A DNA stretch of 20,000 nt from Bdellovibrionales bacterium RIFOXYD12_FULL_39_22 (GCA_001770205.1 MEQL01000039.1:368375-388374); one strand, 5' to 3'; shown: positions 10,327-17,942, counted from the stretch's first letter. Notes: generated by a model from the letters alone, not told the origin. Program-made: numbers and translations.

Positions 10327-10911
10327 ATGAAGCTTTCTTTTCTTTACTTGTTGATAATTTCGGCCCTCTTTCTTGTTATTGGCTGCGGTGGTGGTAATTC
10401 TAAAAAAGAAGATAAAAGTTACACTGATTCACAATTTCAAGAAGGTGATTGTGGCAGTAGCGTAATTTATGATTACAATAGCATGGTGCTAACCTGTTCA
10501 GATATTTCTTCTCAGTCTGATATTAAAGAATGTGACAATAAAATTGGATCTTTAAAAAAGAAATATCCAGATATCAGCTGTAAAGCAATTATTGAAAATG
10601 AATCTGAAAAAGGGCCTGTAACCATCAACGAAGCGCGACTAAATTCAATTTCTGAAAAACTAGAAATACAAAAAGGAATTTGTACAGACGACGTAATCTC
10701 CGACTACAATATTATGGTTAATTATTGTAAAAACTTGACTAATTACTCCACTTCTCACTCCGTTTACATGTGCAAAAACAGTATCAATGAATTAAAGATA
10801 AATTATCCGAATATTAACTGCATTGCAAAGTCTGATTCGTCTTTCTCCGAAATTGAGATAAGCATAGAAAAGCTGGATGAGTTGCTTGATGTGATTAACG
10901 ATTCTGTTTAA
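10327..10911 (+). CDS. Hypothetical lipoprotein with two tandem 4-Cys domains
   Basis: AGGA RBS before ATG 10327. MKLSFLYLLIISALFLVIG-C fits a lipobox, and the protein has an internal duplication. Confidence 0.8.
   Translation: MKLSFLYLLIISALFLVIGCGGGNSKKEDKSYTDSQFQEGDCGSSVIYDYNSMVLTCSDISSQSDIKECDNKIGSLKKKYPDISCKAIIENESEKGPVTINEARLNSISEKLEIQKGICTDDVISDYNIMVNYCKNLTNYSTSHSVYMCKNSINELKINYPNINCIAKSDSSFSEIEISIEKLDELLDVINDSV
10444..10908 (+). repeat. Two in-frame ~77-codon protein-level repeats
   Basis: GDCGSSVIYDYNSMVLTC..C..KYPDISCKA aligns with GICTDDVISDYNIMVNYC..C..NYPNINCIA. The first Cys codons are at 10450 and 10681. Confidence 0.85.
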
Positions 10912-10937
10912 TAATTGAAAATATCGCTGGCACCAAG

Positions 10938-11705
10938 TTAGTCGATTAGTCCGCCAACTGGTGCCAGATAAATTGTAAATTCTTCTTTCCCGTTAACTTT
11001 GATAATTTTATCCACCAGCTCTTGAATGTATGCCGCAATCATACAGGTACCAAGACGTAGAGTCTCACACGATAGGTGCAAATTTTGGCCAACATGGCCG
11101 GCATCTAATAAAACTGATTTCATTGCTCGCTCTATTCCATATCGCCACTCAGTGCGGTAAGGAAGTGCTGCCCAGATAAAAAGAATTGGTGCCTTGGCGC
11201 AAAAGACTTGGCCGCAACATGCCTCCAAAATTCTTTTTTGCGACACGGCCCGCTTGCTAACAACTACCAGAGAATTTAAGGTAGCAACATAGCGATAAAC
11301 TCCGGGCGACAGACCTTTTACGTTTTGCACGACAATATATGTTTCAAAAGGATGTCGCGATCCACCAGAAGGAACGGTTCGCTTTATGGCGTGATGTGAA
11401 ATCTGCTGATCTAAATTTTCACGCATTCGGCGAATTCCCTGGGTGGCCCAAAGCAAAAAAGATAATTCCTGCATAGTAATTGCTCGATCCGCAAAACGTC
11501 TCGTGCTTTTGCGATCATGGATGCAGTCTTTAATTTCCGGTTTTATTGTAGCTGTTTGCAATGGATCAGGGAGTTTAACTATTTTCAAGCGGCCAACTTT
11601 TTTCTCCGGCGAAGGCAGCGGAAGGCCTTTCTGCTGATCTGATACTTTAAATTTTTCTCCCAGATGAATTCCCTGCATAAGATGAACAATTTTTTTTCGC
11701 AACAT
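10938..11705 (-). CDS. SagB/ThcOx-family FMN-dependent nitroreductase/dehydrogenase
   Basis: RKSTRRF, LSFLLWATQG, RTVPSGGSRHPFETY, RTEWRYG and DAGHVGQNLHL. Confidence 0.9.
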   Translation of the reverse strand: MLRKKIVHLMQGIHLGEKFKVSDQQKGLPLPSPEKKVGRLKIVKLPDPLQTATIKPEIKDCIHDRKSTRRFADRAITMQELSFLLWATQGIRRMRENLDQQISHHAIKRTVPSGGSRHPFETYIVVQNVKGLSPGVYRYVATLNSLVVVSKRAVSQKRILEACCGQVFCAKAPILFIWAALPYRTEWRYGIERAMKSVLLDAGHVGQNLHLSCETLRLGTCMIAAYIQELVDKIIKVNGKEEFTIYLAPVGGLID

Positions 11706-11748
11706 TTTATATTCCTTTTATTTTCTGCCTTAATATTTCACTTAAAGG

Positions 11749-12510
11749 TTAAATATTATGAATGTCTGTTTCTAGCGCAAAAACATCCATGGGTATCATG
11801 CTAAAAATCCAGGTTACTGGCACAAACTCTTCATGACTAGATAAAAGCGAATCTCTAAAAGCAATCTCTCGATACTTTATTTCCAATTCTTGTATCTCGC
11901 GTCCAAAGTCCTCATATGTTCTTTGGGGAAGAGTAAAAAATCCCGGAAAGTCTGTTCTGAAATTTTCATTGTCCAGATTTTCCAATTGAAGTTGCACTAT
12001 TTTTTTCATAAATTCCGGGTAAAAACGTTTCATCCACGGCCCGTTGTGCAACCATCTCAATTTACCATAAACCAAAAAGCGCAGTCTATTTCCTGGGTGC
12101 ACTTCTAAAAGGCCAAGCTTTTCTAGCCCCAGGATATACTTTAAAACAGATTTATCACTAAGCTTATATTCTTTTTTAATCTGTTCCAAATCTTTTTTCT
12201 CAAAAAAACATTCGCGAAAAAAATAGTAGTAATGAGGATTTTTGGCAAAAAAAGTTTCCTGTAAAATATTAAAAGAAAAGTCATTGGCGTCCTCTTTATT
12301 AGCAAGATTAACCAGATCAGGAAAAGAAATATCTGCCAATTGGCAAATTTCTAATAACCTATCAATGGACATATTGTTTGCGTGAAACATATTTTTTAAA
12401 GTACTTTCGGAAAAAGAACTTTTCTCGCACAACATACGATAGGTAATTTTTCTACTCTTTAGAACTTGTTTTAAAACAACAAAAAGTTGCTTGCTATTAA
12501 ACTTGCTCAT
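11749..12510 (-). CDS. XRE-family HTH transcriptional regulator with a C-terminal extension
   Basis: LKQVLKSRKITYRML..SESTLKNMF..MSIDRLLEIC HTH, then a second wHTH-like segment (LEKLGLLEVHPGNR). GGAGGGGG RBS. Confidence 0.85.
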   Translation of the reverse strand: MSKFNSKQLFVVLKQVLKSRKITYRMLCEKSSFSESTLKNMFHANNMSIDRLLEICQLADISFPDLVNLANKEDANDFSFNILQETFFAKNPHYYYFFRECFFEKKDLEQIKKEYKLSDKSVLKYILGLEKLGLLEVHPGNRLRFLVYGKLRWLHNGPWMKRFYPEFMKKIVQLQLENLDNENFRTDFPGFFTLPQRTYEDFGREIQELEIKYREIAFRDSLLSSHEEFVPVTWIFSMIPMDVFALETDIHNI

Positions 12511-12586
12511 CTCCCCCTCCGCTTGATATTTTACTCAGAGTAAATTTTACAGTATAAAAATATAAAAAATAACCCCTAAAAGGGCC

Positions 12587-12612
12587 AAAAAGTATAATAT
12601 AGTAAACTTTTT
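12587..12612. promoter_or_regulatory. Imperfect 26-bp palindrome, candidate operator of the adjacent XRE regulator
   Basis: AAAAAGTATAATATAGTAAACTTTTT is self-complementary at 22 of 26 positions and lies in the divergent intergenic region. Confidence 0.55.
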
Positions 12613-12621
12613 TGATATTTA

Positions 12622-12649
12622 TTGCAAAAAGTCCGAAATGTGCTAGTTT
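12622..12649 (+). promoter_or_regulatory. Putative sigma70 promoter with extended -10
   Basis: TTGCAA-N16-TAGTTT with TG immediately upstream of the -10 (TGcTAGTTT). AAGGAG RBS before ATG 12684. Confidence 0.55.
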
Positions 12650-12683
12650 GCGGCAACGAAATAACTCACACAAAGGAGAACAT

Positions 12684-13223
12684 ATGAAAAAGTTATTATT
12701 ATCTGCCATTTTTTTACTTTCCTCTTCCCTTTTTGCCTCTAATTACCCTGCTGATTATTGCGCACAAGTTGCACGCTTTCAGTCTGATGCACATGTCCTT
12801 TTCGGAACTGTTTCTAGCGGCTGTATGACTACCAAATATTTAATCGGTTATAAGAATGGTGGCATCTTCGGCAGCAAAGATAGCATCGATGCCGTGATAA
12901 CACTTCACTGTACAAATTTTGGAAACTATTCAATCCAAGACACACAAGTTTATAGAATTGAAAGAGAGTGGAACGGTACCGGATTGCTTAGCATCCCTAT
13001 TGATTTTCGCTATTCCTCTTGCAGAAACGGCCTAGCAGTTACTTCTGTTGAAATAGCTTTTGCCGTTAAAGGCCAATGGGATTCTCGCTATGGCCAAAAC
13101 TATAAATTTGATCTGCAAAATCGCGATGACAACGTCCGGCAGTACAAATCATCTAACTACTCTTATCATGATTCAGTTAGTTCCGATATCTGGGATTTTG
13201 TTGTCGACTTAATGAGAGAGTAA
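12684..13223 (+). CDS. Secreted hypothetical protein, possibly a carbohydrate-binding beta-sandwich
   Basis: MKKLLLSAIFLLSSSLFA signal peptide, 4 Cys, and the motif VEIAFAVKGQWDSRYGQNYKF. Confidence 0.8.
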   Translation: MKKLLLSAIFLLSSSLFASNYPADYCAQVARFQSDAHVLFGTVSSGCMTTKYLIGYKNGGIFGSKDSIDAVITLHCTNFGNYSIQDTQVYRIEREWNGTGLLSIPIDFRYSSCRNGLAVTSVEIAFAVKGQWDSRYGQNYKFDLQNRDDNVRQYKSSNYSYHDSVSSDIWDFVVDLMRE

Positions 13224-13232
13224 TTTATTTTT

Positions 13233-13273
13233 TCTTGAGGCGGTGTGAAGTGCACACCCCCTCAAGATTTTTT
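13233..13273 (+). terminator. Intrinsic terminator
   Basis: TCTTGAGG-c-GGTGTG-aagtg-CACACC-c-CCTCAAGA followed by a T run. Confidence 0.8.
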
Positions 13274-13433
13274 TATTTTCACACTACATGTTTTTTTCGC
13301 AAACGAATATTTAAAGACTCGACAAACAAAGAAAAGCCCATCGCAAAATAGATATACCCTTTTGAAATATGCTGCCCCAGTCCTTCTGCAATTAAAGTAA
13401 CTCCAATGCTCTAAATTCCTCGTTCTGGCAAAA

Positions 13434-14183
13434 CTATACATCACACTCTGATTCAAATGTCGAATATTCATACAAGGATCTATCTTTAACCCATCTTGTC
13501 TGAGGATCTATGTTTTGTGCCCTGAAAAGCTCAATCTCGTTACCAAATGAATGCAAGCGGAAGGCCTTGGTCTTTTTCTCTTTTCCCTTACCAATAGTGA
13601 TAACCAAGGTTGGTGTGCGTTCTCGTCCGTTGCTTATCTCTCCTTCTGGCACATAACTCCAAGTTCCGGCAGTTTCTTCATATCCAAAATGGCCAGAGTC
13701 TTCATCATAAGTTGGCCGCTTGGAAATAAGGGCCCCCTTTTCATTCAAATACAAATACTCAAATGGCCCCATGGCACCGCTGCCTCTTGCAAAAAAAACT
13801 GTATTAACTAAAAAATCTGGACTTCCTTTTTCTTTAGGAAATGCGGTTGTCCCAAAAGGTACTATGTTTTTTTCTAGTAACTTAAACCCAGCATTCTTCC
13901 ACAATAAAATCCGAACATTTGATCCTGTGACAACGGCACTATCTTTTACTTTTGCTTTACGATATAAGTCAAAAACATCGATAACGGAAGCATCTAGCTC
14001 ACACCCTTTGCCAGCAATATTGGCCTCTGCCAATTCGTCGGCAAGATCCATATACTTTTGGGCAAGCGACTCTCGAGTTGATGCTGGTGATCTAACTTTG
14101 ATCGTTTTATCCGCAGATGATGAAATCTCGGCGGCAATTAATAATACTGGAAACAGTAAAAATGCAAGTAATAATTTATTCAT
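13434..14183 (-). CDS. Secreted hypothetical protein
   Basis: AGGAGG RBS, MNKLLLAFLLFPVLLIA signal peptide and an RSPAS motif. Confidence 0.8.
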   Translation of the reverse strand: MNKLLLAFLLFPVLLIAAEISSSADKTIKVRSPASTRESLAQKYMDLADELAEANIAGKGCELDASVIDVFDLYRKAKVKDSAVVTGSNVRILLWKNAGFKLLEKNIVPFGTTAFPKEKGSPDFLVNTVFFARGSGAMGPFEYLYLNEKGALISKRPTYDEDSGHFGYEETAGTWSYVPEGEISNGRERTPTLVITIGKGKEKKTKAFRLHSFGNEIELFRAQNIDPQTRWVKDRSLYEYSTFESECDV

Positions 14184-14265
14184 AATTCCTCCTGTAAAAT
14201 GGATTTTATATGAAATCTAAATTCGCGTCCAAAAATACAGCGAAGGAATAATGTTCCCACCGGAA

Positions 14266-14292
14266 AATTATATAAAAATTTTTTATATAATT
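14266..14292. repeat. Perfect 27-bp all-A/T palindrome
   Basis: AATTATATAAAAA-T-TTTTTATATAATT directly after the rubrerythrin stop. Confidence 0.85.
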
Positions 14293-14293
14293 A

Positions 14294-14788
14294 CTAAATG
14301 TGAACGTATTTTGCCGCCGGAACACCACAAATAGGACACTTGTTTGGAGGTTTCCCCAATTCAATATGTCCGCAAACTGGACACAAATACGCCTCCGCTT
14401 CGAGATCTTTTCCGGCCATAACCGCCTCTAGGGCCTTAGTGTATAACTCTGCATGAACTTTTTCTGCTTCCAATGCATACTTGAGTATTCTTTTGGCCTT
14501 ATGGTTTTCTCTTTCTGCTTGCTCATACATGGCCGGATACATTTCTTTATACTCATATGTTTCTCCGGCCACTGCTGTTTTTAAATTTTCCAATGTTGAT
14601 TTTACACCATCTAGCGCCGCAAAATGGCCGAGGGCATGGATCGTTTCGGCCTCCGCGGCGGCCAAAAAAAGCTTAGCTACATTTTTTAATCCCTCTTTTT
14701 CGGCTGCTTTTGCAAAGGCCAAATATTTGCGATTGGCCTGACTTTCTCCCGCAAATGCTGTTTTCAAATTTTCTTCTGTTGTTGCCAT
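14294..14788 (-). CDS. rbr: Rubrerythrin
   Basis: AFAGESQANRKY, EAETIHA, GETYE and EAEKVHA di-iron motifs, plus C-terminal CPVCGH..CPICG. GGAGG RBS. Confidence 0.95.
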   Translation of the reverse strand: MATTEENLKTAFAGESQANRKYLAFAKAAEKEGLKNVAKLFLAAAEAETIHALGHFAALDGVKSTLENLKTAVAGETYEYKEMYPAMYEQAERENHKAKRILKYALEAEKVHAELYTKALEAVMAGKDLEAEAYLCPVCGHIELGKPPNKCPICGVPAAKYVHI

Positions 14789-14821
14789 GTGATCCTCCCT
14801 CGTTTATCCTTTTATTTTATG

Positions 14822-14836
14822 TTGGAATTAATCTAA
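14822..14836. promoter_or_regulatory. Candidate PerR/Fur-family 7-1-7 box upstream of rubrerythrin
   Basis: TTGGAAT-T-AATCTAA differs at 2 positions from the perfect palindrome TTAGAATnATTCTAA. Confidence 0.45.
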
Positions 14837-14869
14837 TCCATTTACAATCAAATGTGAACAATCAAGGAT

Positions 14870-15913
14870 GTGACTTTGGACTACATAATTTTGGACAATT
14901 TTGCTCAGACTTGGATAATCGCTTTAGCATCCACCTTCCTCTTATTTATTTTTTTTAAGCTCTCTCGTCGCATAATTAGAAAGCGACTTAAATTTATGGC
15001 CCAAAAAACAGAAACTATCATTGATGATCTGGCCTTTGAATTCATCTCTGCTATCGGCCCTTTATTTTCCTGGATTGTGGCCATCTATATCAGCTCCTCC
15101 TTTCTAGCTTTATCAGAGGCCATTCGTGAAATCCTTTATAAAGTATTCATCGTCACCGCCTTATTACAGGCGGGAAGTTGTGGAAAAAAAGTTGTAACTT
15201 TTTGGGTAGAAAATTATTTGCAGAAACGTTCCTCGCACGATCCGGCGGCAACCTCTAGCGTCTCTTTGGTGGATTTTGCTTTAAAATTTTTACTTTACAC
15301 TATAATTTTCCTGCTTCTTCTACACAATATCGGAGTCAACATCACCACTCTGATTACCGGACTTGGGGTGGGAGGTATTGCTGTAGCACTTGCAGTGCAA
15401 AATATTTTAGGAGATCTTTTTGCTTCTCTAACAATAATTTTAGACAAACCTTTTTCTGTTGGTGATTCCATTACTGTTGATGGCTTCATTGGGACAGTAG
15501 AGCGAATTGGACTTAAAACTACTCACTTACGGAGTTTATCTGGTGAGCAATTAATTTTTTCCAACAACAGCATCTTGCAGTCGCGAATCCGAAACTATAA
15601 AAGAATGTCTGAGCGAAGAGTGTCTTTTACGCTAGGAGTGGTTTACCAAACAGGCGCTGACCAATTGGAAAAAGTACCCAGCATCATCAAAGAGATTATC
15701 ACCAGCACCTCAACAGTTCGGTTTGATCGCTGTCATTTTTTAAACTTTGGCCTATCTAGCTTAGATATTGAAGTTGTTTATTGGGTTTTAAACTCTGATT
15801 TTAATGTATACGCTGATATTGCGCAGAAGATAAACCTAGAAATTTTTCGTCGCTTTCAAAGCGAAAAAATTGATTTTGCCTATCCTACTCAAACCCTCTT
15901 CGTGCAAAAATAA
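14870..15913 (+). CDS. Small-conductance mechanosensitive channel (MscS family)
   Basis: TM helices, GLGVGGIAVALAVQNILGDLFAS, LDKPFSVGD, GTVERIGLKTT and FAYPTQT. The start may be TTG 14876, which has better RBS spacing. Confidence 0.95.
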   Translation: MTLDYIILDNFAQTWIIALASTFLLFIFFKLSRRIIRKRLKFMAQKTETIIDDLAFEFISAIGPLFSWIVAIYISSSFLALSEAIREILYKVFIVTALLQAGSCGKKVVTFWVENYLQKRSSHDPAATSSVSLVDFALKFLLYTIIFLLLLHNIGVNITTLITGLGVGGIAVALAVQNILGDLFASLTIILDKPFSVGDSITVDGFIGTVERIGLKTTHLRSLSGEQLIFSNNSILQSRIRNYKRMSERRVSFTLGVVYQTGADQLEKVPSIIKEIITSTSTVRFDRCHFLNFGLSSLDIEVVYWVLNSDFNVYADIAQKINLEIFRRFQSEKIDFAYPTQTLFVQK

Positions 15914-15924
15914 TCAATTGTAAA

Positions 15925-16500
15925 TTATTGTGAAAAACTAACGCTCCCCTCTTCTGTCTTTTGAAAAAAGACTAATCGTCCGCGAAGAGCTTCTGCCTCA
16001 GCTTTTTTGGCAAAAAGTTTAACATGCGACTCTATTTGATCACTATCTACATTTATCTTATAGTGAACTTGCACGAAAGAGGGAATTTTATCTTTTTCCC
16101 AAAGTTGTTTTTTAAAGTCATAGAGAAACATTGAATGATCCGAGTCATTCGGAGAAACAATAGCCGCCGCAATCTCTGCCCATTCATTTTTGATGATAAG
16201 ATCAAAGTGTTCAACACAAAAAAGCATGCTGTCATGTTCTTTGGTACATGCCTCACAAAAAACCTTTTCACAAATTCTACAGACCGTACTGCCCGAAACA
16301 TCTGGATGATTTTGACAAAAAAAAGTCTGTTCGCTGCGCCCCCGTTTAAAATCTCGCGTCAACTTATCAAAATATTGTTTTAAATTACTCTCTGGCCGTC
16401 TATTAAGTACTAAAATTAAATAGACAATCACTCCAACCAAAAGAGAGATTATTCCCAAAAAAAACAACAGAATATACAGGATAAATTTTTCATCCATCAT
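15925..16500 (-). CDS. Single-pass membrane protein with a B-box-like zinc finger
   Basis: N-terminal TM helix, then C-x2-H-x8-C-x2-C-x4-C-x2-C-x9-C-x2-H (CQNHP..CRIC..FCEAC..FCVEH). Confidence 0.8.
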   Translation of the reverse strand: MMDEKFILYILLFFLGIISLLVGVIVYLILVLNRRPESNLKQYFDKLTRDFKRGRSEQTFFCQNHPDVSGSTVCRICEKVFCEACTKEHDSMLFCVEHFDLIIKNEWAEIAAAIVSPNDSDHSMFLYDFKKQLWEKDKIPSFVQVHYKINVDSDQIESHVKLFAKKAEAEALRGRLVFFQKTEEGSVSFSQ

Positions 16501-16627
16501 TCTTTGTTATTTTAAGCGCATTTCTTTGCTTCGGCCAATATATAATCTTTTCATGTTCTCTTGTATAAATTTATGGCCGTGATAATTTGGCAAAATCGCA
16601 TTTAATTTACAATTGGGAGTACATATT

Positions 16628-17290
16628 ATGGGCCAACAACTTCTTGTGTATTTTTTATCAATTATCATGCTGATCGGCATCAGCACAAAGGACGCTGACG
16701 CATATTACGATTATGTTACAAATCTATCTCTTGATCGCTCCGTTTTAAACAATCAAGAGATGGAATTCATTTCACGCGAAAGCAGTGGTGCCATGGCCAT
16801 GAATATTCGTTATTCACCGGTTGTTGCTCTTCGCAAACAAATAATTTTGGCACGGGGCCATGGACTAAAAATTTTTGATGGCTGGGATGAAAATGGCGAG
16901 GCACATGTCACGGTTATAACTCCTCCTGAATTCAACAATATCATACGCAAATATATTCCAATGAAAAGAATCGAGGCCATTGCTCTCAGACACAGCATTC
17001 AGTCAAGCGAACTTCAAGTTTTGGGCCTAGGAAAAGGATCTGCCTTAGTAGATGGCCAAAAGCAATTAACATATTTCATAATCGTTGATGCCCCTAATTT
17101 GATAAAAATCAGAAGAGAAATATATAAAGAATTTATTCAACAAGGAGGGCCTGCCGCATCCTGGGACCCTGATCACTTTTATCCCCATATAACTATAGGG
17201 TTTACTAGTCGAGACCTACATGAATCAGATGGCGTGTTTAAAGATGTTTCGCATTGCCTTGATCCAGCATTTAATCTTCTTGTTGAATAA
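16628..17290 (+). CDS. Secreted 2H phosphoesterase-superfamily protein
   Basis: GGGAG RBS before ATG 16628, a signal peptide ending ADA, and two HxT motifs (EAHVTVITPPEF, FYPHITIGF). Confidence 0.8.
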   Translation: MGQQLLVYFLSIIMLIGISTKDADAYYDYVTNLSLDRSVLNNQEMEFISRESSGAMAMNIRYSPVVALRKQIILARGHGLKIFDGWDENGEAHVTVITPPEFNNIIRKYIPMKRIEAIALRHSIQSSELQVLGLGKGSALVDGQKQLTYFIIVDAPNLIKIRREIYKEFIQQGGPAASWDPDHFYPHITIGFTSRDLHESDGVFKDVSHCLDPAFNLLVE

Positions 17291-17357
17291 AAATTAGTTT
17301 AGCATTACCGCAAGTATCTCTGAAATCTTCCTACTTCCTGCTCTTCTTGGTTTGGCC

Positions 17358-17729
17358 TTATCCCACTTTAAAAAATTTCTTCTGCTCTCGCTCATGTTCT
17401 TCTGCGTGAGTAATACAAAGACTTGCCCACGGATGTTTTTCAAGACGCTTCGAAGAAATTGGCTCCTCGCACTCTTCGCACAGTCCATAGGTCCCTTTAT
17501 CTATTCGATGCAAGGCCATATCAATGGCGCGAAGTTTTGCCAATTCCTTATTTTTTATCTCAAAAGTAACATTTTGCGAAACAACATTGGCCGCAATATC
17601 TGTCTCATCTGGTAAATCTTCCACCGACAAGGTGAGATCATCACTGGAGCTCAAAACTCCGCTGTTAATTATTTTGGCCTTGTGCTGCAGTAGTTCTTTC
17701 TTAAATTTCACAGTATCAATGGTTGCCAT
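17358..17729 (-). CDS. dksA: DksA/TraR-family RNA polymerase-binding factor
   Basis: Coiled-coil tip DETDIA (DxxDxA) and ALHRIDKGTYGLCEECEEPISSKRL..PWASLCITH. AAGGAG RBS. Confidence 0.88.
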   Translation of the reverse strand: MATIDTVKFKKELLQHKAKIINSGVLSSSDDLTLSVEDLPDETDIAANVVSQNVTFEIKNKELAKLRAIDMALHRIDKGTYGLCEECEEPISSKRLEKHPWASLCITHAEEHEREQKKFFKVG

Positions 17730-17885
17730 AAACTCTCTCCTTGCTTTACTTGGTGCACCCTAATCAATGCACCTTTTAACTATTCTGAGATGAGGCCCAT
17801 ACTAAATTTTACGATAAAAACAAAATTAAAGATAAACGTAAAATTTTGCCTAGTCCCTTGCTTGCTTCACAAGCGACTTCAACTC

Positions 17886-17913
17886 CTATCGGCAAATTTT
17901 AAAAAACTTTAGA
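17886..17913 (-). promoter_or_regulatory. Putative sigma28 (FliA) promoter pointing toward dksA
   Basis: The minus strand reads TCTAAAGTTT-N10-GCCGATAG, against the consensus TAAAGTTT-N11-GCCGATAA. Confidence 0.65.
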
Positions 17914-17915
17914 GA

Positions 17916-17942
17916 CTTTTATTCTGCCTTTTATTCTGCCTT
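17916..17942. repeat. 12-bp tandem direct repeat
   Basis: CTTTTATTCTGC x2 plus CTT. Confidence 0.85.

Noticed and set aside
10938..11705. RiPP (azole peptide) cluster around the SagB-type gene
   Set aside because: There is no YcaO, precursor peptide or transporter nearby, and stand-alone SagB-like nitroreductases are common.
12612..12683. Extended starts in the ORF track (12612, also 10291 and 16613)
   Set aside because: The downstream ATGs at 12684, 10327 and 16628 have an RBS and begin proper signal peptides.
13262..13471. 69-aa minus-strand ORF
   Set aside because: It overlaps the upstream gene end and a terminator, and has no RBS or recognisable motif.
13720..14220. 166-aa plus-strand ORF and other antisense or nested short ORFs in the track
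   Set aside because: They are shadows of well-supported genes.
16525..16560. Possible sigma28 promoter for the B-box gene (GCCGAAG on the minus strand)
   Set aside because: The -35 is poor and the -10 is non-consensus.
17352..17763. Plus-strand ORFs overlapping dksA
   Set aside because: They are antisense to the clear DksA frame.
17730..17880. c-di-GMP-I riboswitch (merRNA-like) in the dksA leader
   Set aside because: GGCAAA is present, but the GAAA tetraloop stem and GACGCAAAG core are missing.
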